A stretch of DNA of 64,000 nt. Source: Tubulanus polymorphus. Its lineage: Eukaryota; Animalia; Nemertea. Below are positions 22,207-48,719 of this stretch, in pieces. The stretch is from contig NC_134030.1 of the NCBI RefSeq assembly GCF_964204645.1, positions 18,932,210 to 18,996,209 of the forward strand. Direction: 5' to 3'. The position numbers and the translations under genes were made by a program. Below the pieces are notes generated by a model. It did not search any database. It saw only the letters and a list, made by a program, of their open reading frames with translations, and was not told the origin of the DNA. The first letter of the stretch is position 1. Each line of letters begins with the position of its first letter.

Positions 22207-25200
22207 CTAATTCCAAATTTCCATCGTGAAATTATCAATCACACATCCCCTGTAAACCGTCACCGAGTACAATGTGTCGTCCGATTTAGGCATGTATTTC
22301 GACGAACTATCTTCCCCCGAAAGATTTGCCGACATTTTTATCGAATCGTCCCCGTTGATTTGTACTTCTCCGTTCGTGTATCTAAACGATACCCATTTGG
22401 ACTCGTCGAATAGCTTCTGGTCGAACTTGTATGCCTGTAATTTGCTTAATCGTCCACTAAGAAAACCGACGTAACCTTCCTCGACTTCTATTTTCGCCAA
22501 GTAATTCTCTTCCGTGAATATACACACGGTGCCACATTCTCCGCGAACGAAAAGCGACATCGAGTAGTTTTCAAACGACGAGATTTCGTCTTTCAAGTCG
22601 CCGAAATTCAAAGTCAAAACGGGATCCCGCGCTGACACTGTTTGGCTGCTATCGATGCCTTGGACTATCGAAAAACTTGGTTGGCCGCTGTATTTGCTGG
22701 CCGTCATATTGGCTCCCTCGCCGAGTACGATTCCGCGTTCGATGTCCACATTTTCAAAATCGAAGAAATATCGGTATCGGCGCGGTGGTGTGGCGGTGCC
22801 TGAAATATTGCGAGAAAAAAATATTATAATACTTTATCATACGATTTTGATAGAATAGCAAAAATGGCAAGTGGGGATCCAATAGATGTCACTAGTGCAC
22901 GGTATGAAGTCAACTAACGCAGCAATTTGGGATTGCTCTTGTGGTAAACGACAAGAGCTAACGCGCTGATGTGCAGTAGGGTATATTCTATTGCGACGAT
23001 AGATTCTAAGGCTAGTAACAAGTCAGGATTCCCTAGGTGTCGCTATTATGTAGTAGGCTACTGCGACAATAGAGAATTCCCTTTGGCGCATGTGAGCATC
23101 CGGCGTTTATAGAAATCATCTACGTAATTACAAACATGTGTGTTTTGTACAAAATACATGACGTGATAAACTTACTATTTACTGGTTTCTCCTTGAGATG
23201 TTTCGAATTTCTTACCTGGAACGAGATTTTTCGAACGATTTTTTGAGAAGATTTACATCAATTCAAGTTAAGATCATTCTTGGGCCGATGACGGGGATTT
23301 GGAGAACAGTCACAGCGTTGGTTGCATCAGAGTTTTCAGTTCAGAGGTTTTTGTTTCCTAAAGCCCGCCGCACATGGCACCGAAAATCATTTTCTTTTTC
23401 GTAAAAAAACGTTTTCGATGCGATTTCTATGGTTGTGCGTTGGAGGCAAAACACAAAACGGCGAACGGAAAAACGTTTTTCACGAAACAACCGCTGCTTA
23501 ATTTGCGGAAAATCGTTTGCGAAAATTGTGTCGTATGGTGATCGTTTAGAGAAGGTTTTGATTGAACAGTTTCATAAAGTCTATAAACACCTTTCAGTCA
23601 TGAAATTTCTTGACAACGCCAAATTAATTTGCAAACGCAAATAAAAATTGTTGATAGGAATAACACTAGATGTCTGTAAAATCCCCTGGATACGGTTCCA
23701 CGGATGTTATTTAGATTTTAACTATCATTTGAAATAGTTTCCAATAATTTCCAATATGCTCAACAACTGAATCATAGGTATAACTTAAGTAAAAAAAGAA
23801 ATGTAGACCTGAAAGATTTATTCTTTTTTGTCGTTGCTTTTGTCGTTATGATCGGCTTGCCCGCCCCTAGTACTGGTGGAGAAACGACATAGACGCCATC
23901 TAGAATACATCTTAGACGATGACTCGTGTGGTTTCTATTGAAAAAGGAAAATGCGCCCTCCAAGCACGATTCTTTAATGTTTATTTTTTTTTCTCCAAAG
24001 TTTCACCACTGGCAGTGTCGAAAAACTTATCATTCTACGAGGCCACCCGGTTTGTTTAATGTTATATCTGCAGGATAAATTATCTGGGCTTAAGCGATCT
24101 GTTGTAGCTCGCGATGACCCTTCAGCAAATAAATATTCAGTACAAGATAAAAAAATGTATTCTATTGAATAAACATTCGGTTCGTCTCCTAAAACTGTCG
24201 ACTGTTTCAGGGGCATTTCAGTCATACAATTAGTGTTTATAGCAGTTGCCGGAAGACATCAAACTAAAGAAGACGCTCGATTTTAGATTTCTTTTAATTT
24301 GTAAATAGTGGGTTTTTATCTTATCATCTGTTCGCCACGTTTGAGTGTGGTTATCGTACCAAGACGCAGATACATTAATTATTGCTCGTCGATGAGATGT
24401 TGACGAGGGCCCCGGGTCATAAGCATGCATACTCCCAGCCCGCTGAGTGCCATGCAAGGCCCACTGATTGGCACACTCGTTCGCGGCCATCAGAATACGA
24501 ATCTATGAACTCTGGATTGGCAAGCCCAGCGATGGCCGGTGGCATCGAAGAATTGGCCCATTTGCAAATCAATTTTCATTTCAGCAAAACATATACCATA
24601 CGTTCAGTGAGAAAATCAATCTTGTGCGTATCTTTTCGAGAAGTTCTTTGATAATTTTCGGATTCGAGAGCCTATCAATGACTTTTTAAACTTGAATTGA
24701 AAACCTATTTTAACTACGCATAATTGAGTGTGCTTGCGGACGTTGAGAGCGGCTAACAATTTTTTCTTAATTCAACAACTCAATGAAATTCACAAGGGAC
24801 GACTTTTTAAACTGGAAATAGATTATAGTTGGTTGCATTACTCTTCCATTTTCTCCTGGGGACAGTTGCACAGTCGTGACTTTAGTCCAAAAGTGGTCTT
24901 AAATTTTAAGACTGGTCTTAAGTTGTTAGATTGACCGTAGAACTAAGTTGGTCTTAGACTGGTCTTAAGTCTAAGCCAGCACTAAGCAACCGGCCCTGTG
25001 TTCTACCAGGGCCTACTGCATAACCGAATAGAATGTTAACATTACCTGGTAGTACTTAGCTGTGTCATCCTCGTTGCTGGTAGCACACGCGTCGCTTGTA
25101 TCAACGTCAAACAGACGGCAATTTCTTTTTCCAGTGACGGACATGACCGAACATTTCTCGTGATTCGTACACTCGATTCCGCATTCGATAACGCCGCGAA

Positions 25201-25393
25201 CTTGTCTATTTCGGATCGAAACGGTCGCCGGCCAGCTTCGGAAATTCGTCACGCTGCGACGGTCGTCGTTCGTAGAACATTTTGGCAGTCGAGCGAATTT
25301 TCCAAAACGATTTCCATTAAAAGCCTCAGCGATGACGAGACAGTAGACAACAAGTACGACGATATTGTACTTCGATTTGTTTGTCGGCTCCAT
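22207..25393 (-). CDS. Secreted PAN/apple-domain + LamG/ConA-like domain protein, copy B (326 aa)
   Basis: Exons 25393-25046, 23215-23176 (40 nt), 22799-22207; total 981 nt in frame. Same architecture and intron phases as copy A; signal peptide MEPTNKSKYNIVVLVVYCLVIAEA. Confidence 0.82.
24859..24996. mobile_element. MITE, same family as 17025-17162
   Basis: Near-identical internal sequence (GGTCTTAAGTTGTTAGAT..AGAACTAAGTTGGTCTTAGACTGGTCTTAAGTCTAAGCCA) and matching termini. Confidence 0.78.
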
Positions 25394-25624
25394 CGCTCTG
25401 AAATTCTAGTCGAAAGTGCGCGGAACGAGGTGTGACACTCGAGAACAACACGAGATGAAACGTTCCCTCCAGTCCGTACATTTCCTCTTAGATAACGTGA
25501 TGAATAAAACAAACGCCGCCTGCGGAAACACATTCTACAGTTTATAAAAAATACTTGTCCTCGGTGATCCTTTTTTTTTAACCATCGACAAATTTATTAT
25601 GAACATAAAAGATTACGACATAGG

Positions 25625-25894
25625 TTAGACGAGAAGATACGCAATATCCGTGTATGATGATAACGAGAGAAATCCCACAATAACGAGGCCAAGACTGAAA
25701 CATTCTATATCAGAATGATTATATTTGAGGAGCGACGTTTCGGCTAACAACTGCCAGCCATCATCAGGCGTACTGGTGATGAGTACGCCTGATGATGGCT
25801 AACAGTTGTTAGCCGAAACGTCGCTCCTCAAATATAGTCATTGTGATATAGAATCTTTCAATCTTGGCTTCGTTATTGTGGGATTTCTCTCGTT
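25625..25894. mobile_element. Fold-back hammerhead-bearing element, second subfamily
   Basis: ~115-bp near-perfect inverted arms (25660-25774 and 25782-25896). CTGATGA-T-GGCTAAC-agtt-GTTAGCC-GAAAC-GTC at 25789-25822. Flanking direct repeat ATTAC(G/A)ACATAGG at 25612-25624 and 25895-25907. Confidence 0.75.
25789..25822 (+). ncRNA. Minimal type I hammerhead ribozyme motif
   Basis: CUGAUGA core, one extra U, perfect 7-bp stem II with 4-nt loop, GAAA, self-complementary ACGU stem III and a GUC cleavage triplet. Stem I is weak (about 2 bp) in this context. Confidence 0.6.
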
Positions 25895-26709
25895 ATTACA
25901 ACATAGGATGGACGACCACAAATCGTATGAAGACATTATATGTGGTCTCGAAACAAAAAGAAAACAATGTTACGTAAATATAGCGGTTAGATATCAGGCA
26001 TATTATGTATCATTATATTAGGTGCAAATAATACTCGGCGATCCTGCGCACCCCTCCTACCTTGGCTTATGAAGCATCAGGCAAATGCGATACCACGCGT
26101 TAACAGAAACATTTCAATTATCGGGTTAGTCGTGCTAGAGTCGTGGTAGAGAATGTTTTCGGGCGAATAAAAGGGCGTTGGACAATCTCAATGAATCGCC
26201 TGGGCTCACATCTTGACTTATACGCTCCAACCGTCAAGCAGTGCGTCATCGATGACTTTTAACAGCAACGACAAGTATTTCTAATATGTTATTTCTATAG
26301 AAACAAGTAACTACGACTCTGTGTTGACATTATGTAGTTTATTCACACAGTGTGTCCCCCTCTACCCTTTACTTTCCATAGAGAAACGTCACATGATGTT
26401 TACTGAGCGAGATATAGTATACAGTATCGATATAAATAAAACACTGTTTTTAGGTTACACGTTACTTCTCTGGTGAGCAGTATTACCCTAGTAGATATGT
26501 GTAAATATGTCTAAATGACCGATATTGATACGATAGGAATATGATGAAATTTTGTTATGAAAATGTATTGTACATTCACCCGAACTGAATGATAAACAGA
26601 TACATGTTTTCGCGTACATAGAGTAGAATAAACGCAAATGATAAATTTTAACCTCAACCTCAATATCCTCAACCTCGTAACGTGCATCATGAATTTCGCA
26701 CTTTCTTCT

Positions 26710-29700
26710 TCATCGTTCGCTGATAATTAAATCGTATGGTTTCGACATACAGAAAAATGGGATGTCTAAGAAATTCGAAGTTAGCGGTGAATCTTTCACG
26801 GGGCTGTCGTCCGGGAATCGAATACTGAACTTCTGCATCAGACTCGTATAAAAGAGAAACATATGCTGCCTGGCGACGTTTTCACCGATGCAAGAGCGTC
26901 GGCCGGCGCTGAACGGTAACCACGATTTAGGGCGAGCTACCAACTTCCCATCGGCGTGAATGAACCGTTCGGGTTTGAACGATTCCGGGTCGTCCCAGAC
27001 TCTGCTGTCGTAATGGCAAGCATAGATGTTCCCCCAAACTTGACAATCTTTAGGAATGTCAAAACCCTCTGAAAATAGACAGAAACTCGACGATTCTACA
27101 TCGGAATCGCATATTTTGACCAGACTATGGATCTAATTTCTAGAACCTGGAGCACCAGTCCTACATTCGTGTGTTGGGTTTCATTTGACTCTGGACCCAG
27201 TTCCACAGATTTTGGGGCTTTTTCTGTTCAAAGACCCATGTCCAGAGTTGTGTGGGTTAAATTAGTCTTTATATCCCGTTCCACCGTGGGTTGTGGCTTC
27301 AGTTTAGTCTGGAAACCGGTTCTATCAACAGTTGTGTGAGTTTTATTCGATTTAAGACTCAGCGTCACAGTTTGTGTTCGTTCAGCATGCCTCAGGAACC
27401 AGCACTCAATTGTGGGGGCTGCATTTACCTACACAGGACCCCATAGTTTTCATGAGTTTAATTCGACCATTGACCTGGTCTCACCGGGTCTTGATTTGTA
27501 GATATACGGGTTTTATGCGACGCTGGACCCAAGGTCAAGTAACCCGACACACGTTGTTTGTTTTTCATGTTACCTATTTGTACGTCGCACGCGGCTGTAT
27601 GTATAGCCACAGGTCCAACGGGACACAACCTCATCGTTTCGTACAACACTGCTTCGCAATAAACTAGTTGCTGTTTATCGGCCATTTCCAAGCGCCGTGC
27701 TCCTGTCGACACAAAAAGAAAAAAAAACGATTGGATGTAGAATTTGCTTACCTCGAGTATACGTATATCATTACCGAATTGATTTTCATACCGATATGTT
27801 CATCGAGTTCAGCGTGAATTTTCTTCTGTACTTCAGGATATTTCGCCAGGAAATACATGATCCAGTATATCGTGTGACTTGAGGTATCGACTCCAGCTTA
27901 GAAAAAAAAGATTACCTGAACTGGTGAGCCCCACATCAAGTATGTACAAGTACAGCCTAGTATTTTTTTTTTGTCTGAACAAATCTTAAATTGAAAATTG
28001 GCGTTCGTGTCGGCGGCAAAACAATGAGACTCAATATGCATCAATTTGTTTATAGCCGCGCCTAGTCATAGTAACCGTCTGATGCAGTAGCTTCGTGGTT
28101 TTGTGAACAAAGCGTAATTTTAATCACAACCGGGATGTGGTTAATTTGAAAATACCTCCAATGAACTAATGAACTCGCTAATTTAACAACAAAACAAGTC
28201 ATGGACAAACCCATTATCTTCAACAGGGTGAAAGATGTAATTAGGCGAGAAAATAATGAACTACCTGAAGGGTTTTAAAAATTGTAAAATGAAAATGTAA
28301 GCCAAATCGTTATAGATCTACCTCCGAATATATCACTGATAATTTGGACCATATGTCTATCGCTGAAACCCTCTGCTAATTTTGGATCCTCTTTACGAGT
28401 ATTTTCTCTCGCTTCTATCAGATAATCCGTAATGTCCGTTTGATGTTCTGCAAAAAATAAAGAAAACGCTGAATTCAATTCGTCAAAAGCAATTTCGGAA
28501 TATTCTAATTTAAATTCGTTGCAAATTCATCACTTTCAGTAACAGAAATGCAGAATGAAGAATGAAAAAGAAGCAACATTTAGTTGAACTAAAATGATAG
28601 GAGGAATGCGTACGATACTATTCTATTCAAATCATTCGATTGAAAACTACTGACGGAAATAATCAAGAAATGATTCTTGATTTTTTTGGGAAAAATTATG
28701 ATAACGAAAAATGACATTTTCTTTTTCCGATGACATGGAAAATTTGGACGGGTGGGGCCTCTCTTTTTGGCAGAAGTATTATCATATGATATGTTTTTCC
28801 TGCTTCGCGTAAATGTATTTACAGAGGTTTCAAACGTAAATAGGCGTTAACATCTCTCCACTGCAGTTCACTAAAAATATTAGTTCATTTTCAATGAGTA
28901 AATTCTTAAGTTAAACCTTCGGTTAAATGAGTTAAATTTTAATTCAGCTTCGGGTTATCGAAAAGCCGATCTTACCGCTGTCAAAATTTCCTACGTGTTC
29001 GTAGAAATGCTTTTTCAGAAAATCAATCATATGATCAAACCATTCGATGACTCTCCTAGTCGACGGTATCTTGTACTTATTTGGTATATACTGCGTTATC
29101 GGGATGACGTCTTCCAGCGCGCCGACATTTCCGAATAGTTTGTTCACTTCGTCCAAGGATCGGTATAAATTGTGAAACTCTTGATCATCGGCTTCGAACC
29201 TGAGAGAAAAACGATATTCAAATGAAAATAATATGCGCTAATCACAATTGATAATATATACCTGACATTTATACCAGTATTAAAATGTTCAGAAACATTA
29301 CGAAATATCATATTCGAGTTGAAAATCATGAGACATTGATAGTCACCTGAAGATGGTCGCCACTGAGAGTCGTGTTATCTAATTTCGTTCATGATTATTT
29401 TATCATTAGCATTTATTAGTCTTAACAGTATTATTAGCACGATTAATATTGTCTTTGCAGTTGATAAATATTATCAGTATTGATTATTAATTCTATTAGC
29501 ATTGTCAATATTTTTAGGATGTTGCTCTGTAAGCATTGTCACATTTGTTATTTTAGTGTTCTTAGTACTGTTGGCATTATATAAGCATTTATTTTATCAG
29601 TATCTATTAGTGTTAAAATAGTAGTCGGTTAATATTGCTATGATTAAAGATATTTTTGAAGCTACATCGTAAATAATTTTGTTTATGTTAGTGAACTTTG

Positions 29701-32700
29701 TTACATCGATGATTGTTCGCATCGCTATTCGATCGATATTTTATATTTCTCTACGTATTGATAATTCGTGTTATGGAGGAGCCGTGTGGAAAAAACCAGA
29801 TGCATTAAACCTTGCTAAGACTAGGCTTTTGCTACGTAAGTCAAATACAGAGTTTGCAACTAACTGCAGTGTGAGCTCGTAAGCGTTTGAGAATATGGAT
29901 GATGGTGTCACATCTGGCAAGCCTGAAGACGGATGTGGCACATGAGACTGAATTACCCGCTGAAGCTACTGTACACTAATAATAATTAGTCTGATGACTA
30001 GTCATTTGGCAATTAATTAATGATCTGAATATTCGTGCATATGATTAATGAGGACAAGATGGCGTGCCATCAGTGCGAAAACCACGTAAAAATCTAGTCC
30101 ATTTTCAATGAAATGTCATCTATATTTATTTTATAGCCTCCCATCATCAGAAATTAGGCAAATCACTCCTCTTGATAAACTAGAATGATCTTTAGGTTCA
30201 TATAGGTGGATTTTACTGAGGTGACCTTTTAATTGAATCTGAGAAAAGTTGTTGTCAGACATGTTTTCTGAATGCACACTAGCGACACCTGGTGGATCCT
30301 CGCTTGCCACTAGTGGAATCCTCGACTGTCGAACGTAAAGTCCTCATTGTTGTCATCGCTATATTTTTTCTTTCTAGATTTTTACTACATATAATATTTT
30401 CCGGGGCGCCCATCCCAGTCTCAAATCATATTATTTATAGCGTTCTGTATTGAAATTATACGGTCACCATTTGAATATTTACGTATTATAGGAAATATAT
30501 TCAATACATAATCATTTTTTTAAATTTTTGAATATCTGCTGGGGAAAATATATTCAAATCTTTTTTTTAAATCTTTGACGCATTTTTTTGGAATATATTT
30601 GTGTATAGCGGTTAGCGGCTTACTGTTTGTTAAACAACATGTCGCAGATGACGTTGTAAACCATCAGGTTCAACGTCGGTTTCAAATCGAAGGGTTTGTC
30701 CAGATTCTTACGAATGACCTCAATACCTTTATCGGTGGCCGATTGAACCTTACTGTCAGACAGCGCCAACGATTTCCTACAATAATAGAATATAGCCCAG
30801 TATTAGACAAGTTGTATGTGTTCCTGGGACTCGACAGTTCTCGACATCAATAGCGAAAATATACGCAAATAAGAACTACTAGGAATCAGTAGCAGATATG
30901 CACTCAAATCTGTATGCGTAGTTATTAGTTATCTACGAAAAGTATTTTAGTTAAGGACTGTCGATATCGACGAAGTAGCAGAGATTCGCATCGAAACGGT
31001 TAGTTTTTCTCGAAAATGAACCCTTTCGAAATAACTGCCAAACCTGTCGCGAAATTGAAGTGAGACGGAAAGCATGCGCCTCGCGTACCGCGGCCAGAAA
31101 TAAATCCGAAACACGAGGGGAATATGAAGTTAGTACTTGTCGTTGTTCAGTTCGCTCACGCCATTCGAAAACAGGAAACACCGAAAGAAACATACGGCGC
31201 CACCTAGTATTAGGTAAAATAGATATTGACTCGCATGGCTGATCAATATCATCGACATTTTCACAACGGGCGCGTTGTGAAAATGTCGATGATATTGATC
31301 AGCCATGCGAGGCAATGACTGTTGTATTTCCGGTGTTTCTTGTTTTTCCACTCTGACAATGGCGCACAGCGAACGAAACACGAAACACGGCATTATGAAT
31401 CACAAAACCAAATGAGGAAACCAACCCGTGTTTCGAGTGACAAATGAAGCCAGAAAAGTGTTTCTGTTTCTATACGCGCGCTAAGAGCTCGTGTTTCAGG
31501 GCTGATTTCTTGTATAAGCTAACTGATGATTCAAAGCAGTTCGAATCTCCATTTAATATTATTACACTTTGATACTTTTGTTTATTCATTTTAAACATTT
31601 TTTACATGAAATCAAATAACATATCATGTCGTATGAAATGTCGCGCGATGCGTGCGCTAAAGCCCAACGCGTACGGTACAGGTGAACACACAGAACCAGG
31701 AGTCAGAAACGTGTTTCGAAACGCGTTTAGAAACGTGTTCCCGGAAACATGATTTGAAACGCGTCTGTTTTTACGTGTTTCCTGCGTTGGGCTCAACCTT
31801 ATACACAGTACGACAAAGTCACGATCTGTTCTGCCTCTAACGATTTTATTTACCTGAGCCCGGTTGCCGTAATATTTCTCATCAATTTCCAAACGAGATC
31901 GTGAGGTTGACCGTTGGAAATATCTCGACTACCATCCGTGAAAAAATCAACTACAAAATAGCTTGAACTTATAATTCCATTACGTTTTTGTCATGGGGCA
32001 TTATCGTTATCATTTTCCAATGGACGATGCCGGTAAAGATTTTGGAAAATGAAAATCCCTTTTTTTCCGAGTAACAAGCTCGGAAAAAGCGAGAAAATAA
32101 TGTCCTCAACGATTTCGTATTACATAACATAAAATAATCGAAAATTTCAAATTAACTCCTTATCGAATCATGAATATACTTAAGATAATCAAACCATCAT
32201 AAGAAATCTCGTTATTTTCTTTTTAGATTCTCAACCCGAGGAAATAGAGTCCAACAGTTCCGAGGTTTCGATCAGACTATAATATGTTGATGACCTTATT
32301 CGACTAGAATCTGACCAAATTTTCAGATTTTCAAACAATTCATGAAATCGAATATGCATTTTTCACGTTACTCACGAGACCAGGATTTCGGTTTGTTGTC
32401 GATTTTGTCCATATGAACGAACGCTTTTGAAATTGTGTCTGCATTATTCAAAACGATTACATTTTCAGGTTTTCCGTATCCTCAAAAAGTAAAAACAAAA
32501 ATTTGTTTCTTTTATCACGGAATTAGACTTAAGGTTTAATCTACAAAGGTGCTAACTTTTCGTGTTAATTCTTACCTAATTTGAAATTGAAAACGTCCCC
32601 GTATTGTTTAGCTAGATTGGTAAAATGCACCCATATCGGGCGGCCCACTATATCAAAATCTAGAAAAATTGAGAAAAAATAAAAACTATTTCAACTTTTC

Positions 32701-32930
32701 CTTTTACTGGTACCTTTTTGGAAATAATCATGCGTTGATATTTGAAACATGAATCGAATTGAAATCGAAATATACAAGATTCCAAATATTGTTTTCGACT
32801 TACCTAGCGTGTTACCGATAAAAGGGTAGCCTTTCGGTCCAGGCGGCAGATTGTAGCGTTTACGTTTTTTGGAGTACATGCAAATTATGGCAATTAAGCC
32901 GACGACCAGCGCAAAAGTTATTGGATCCAT
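26710..32930 (-). CDS. Cytochrome P450 clan 2 (CYP17A/CYP2-like), copy C1; 10 exons, 502 aa
   Basis: Exons 32930-32804, 32659-32576, 32480-32376, 31950-31854, 30776-30624, 29199-28976, 28447-28322, 27896-27792, 27702-27574, 27068-26710; total 1509 nt. TM anchor + [50 protein letters not shown]. Confidence 0.93.
31230..31311. repeat. Perfect 39-bp-arm hairpin with 4-nt loop in CYP C1 intron 4
   Basis: CTCGCATGGCTGATCAATATCATCGACATTTTCACAACG-ggcg-reverse complement. Confidence 0.85.
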
Positions 32931-33026
32931 TTTTTCGAATAAAGCTACCGTTCCTAAAGCGTCCACGCGACTCAATGTAACAAGCCGATTGAATATAACC
33001 AACGAGAGATTACTTTCAACTTAGGG

Positions 33027-33034
33027 ATTTGCAT
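33027..33034 (-). promoter_or_regulatory. Octamer ATGCAAAT conserved upstream of all three clan-2 CYPs (also 48831-48838 and 59061-59068)
   Basis: Same motif, orientation and GGATTTGCAT context ~100-125 bp upstream of each ATG in otherwise diverged sequence. Confidence 0.6.
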
Positions 33035-33893
33035 TACATATAATCCCTAATATTCATATAGCTACATTCGTATATCCTCATGTAGAGTATTTTTTTGCGC
33101 CGTTAAAACGTATGATAGTGTGCTGATGTCTAGATGTCTGATATCTGGTGTTTGTATAGTTCATCATCAATTGAAAATGTCTCAGGTGAAGCATTGAACA
33201 CATGTGAAGTGTGGACGATCAGTTTTAAAAAGTGTGCTGATAAAATGTCTAATGTCTGGTGTTTGTAGTTCATTTTCAAACTGGCCTGCCGCCGTCCATG
33301 AATTCAATCTCTGGACAAGGGATGTTGGTTGGTTGTTAACCTCAACCTCAATTCAATGGGCATCAAACATAGACCCAACCCAAACTAACCGGAACTAAAC
33401 TAACTTATAAATATCATGGTTTAAAAAATCTTTTTTCTTTAAAACGAGTTTCTTGAGTTTAACATACGGTAACCATCCAATTACAACAAAATGCATTTAT
33501 ATGTTGGACATTTTATTCATCTACCTTAATGACAAAACAATCGTATAGGCTCTCTAGTTACTTGTGGTAGGGATCCGGAGCCACGAGAACAGGTGTAAAC
33601 TTGAAACTATTTTACTATAAAAAGTAACCTTGCCAGCAATAATACAGCGTATAGCATCTCTGAAAGCTTACCCCAAAGCTAAAACCATAAGTAGACACTT
33701 AACCCGAACCCCACACCTCTAAGTAAATGAATATACTATTTTAGATATCCTTCCATTTGAAACGTGTGACATAATAGGGTATTTCCTGTTTGAATTTTGC
33801 CTAAGAAAAAATCGCGCACCAAATGTTAGCAATAAAAGTTTCAACGGTAACTAAATGGAATTGTTTTTTAGAAGGAATTTCGCACTTTCTTCT

Positions 33894-48719
<14,826 letters not shown>

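Noticed and set aside
29341-29380. CCTGAAGATGG, hammerhead-like start
   Set aside because: No stem II or GAAA follows.
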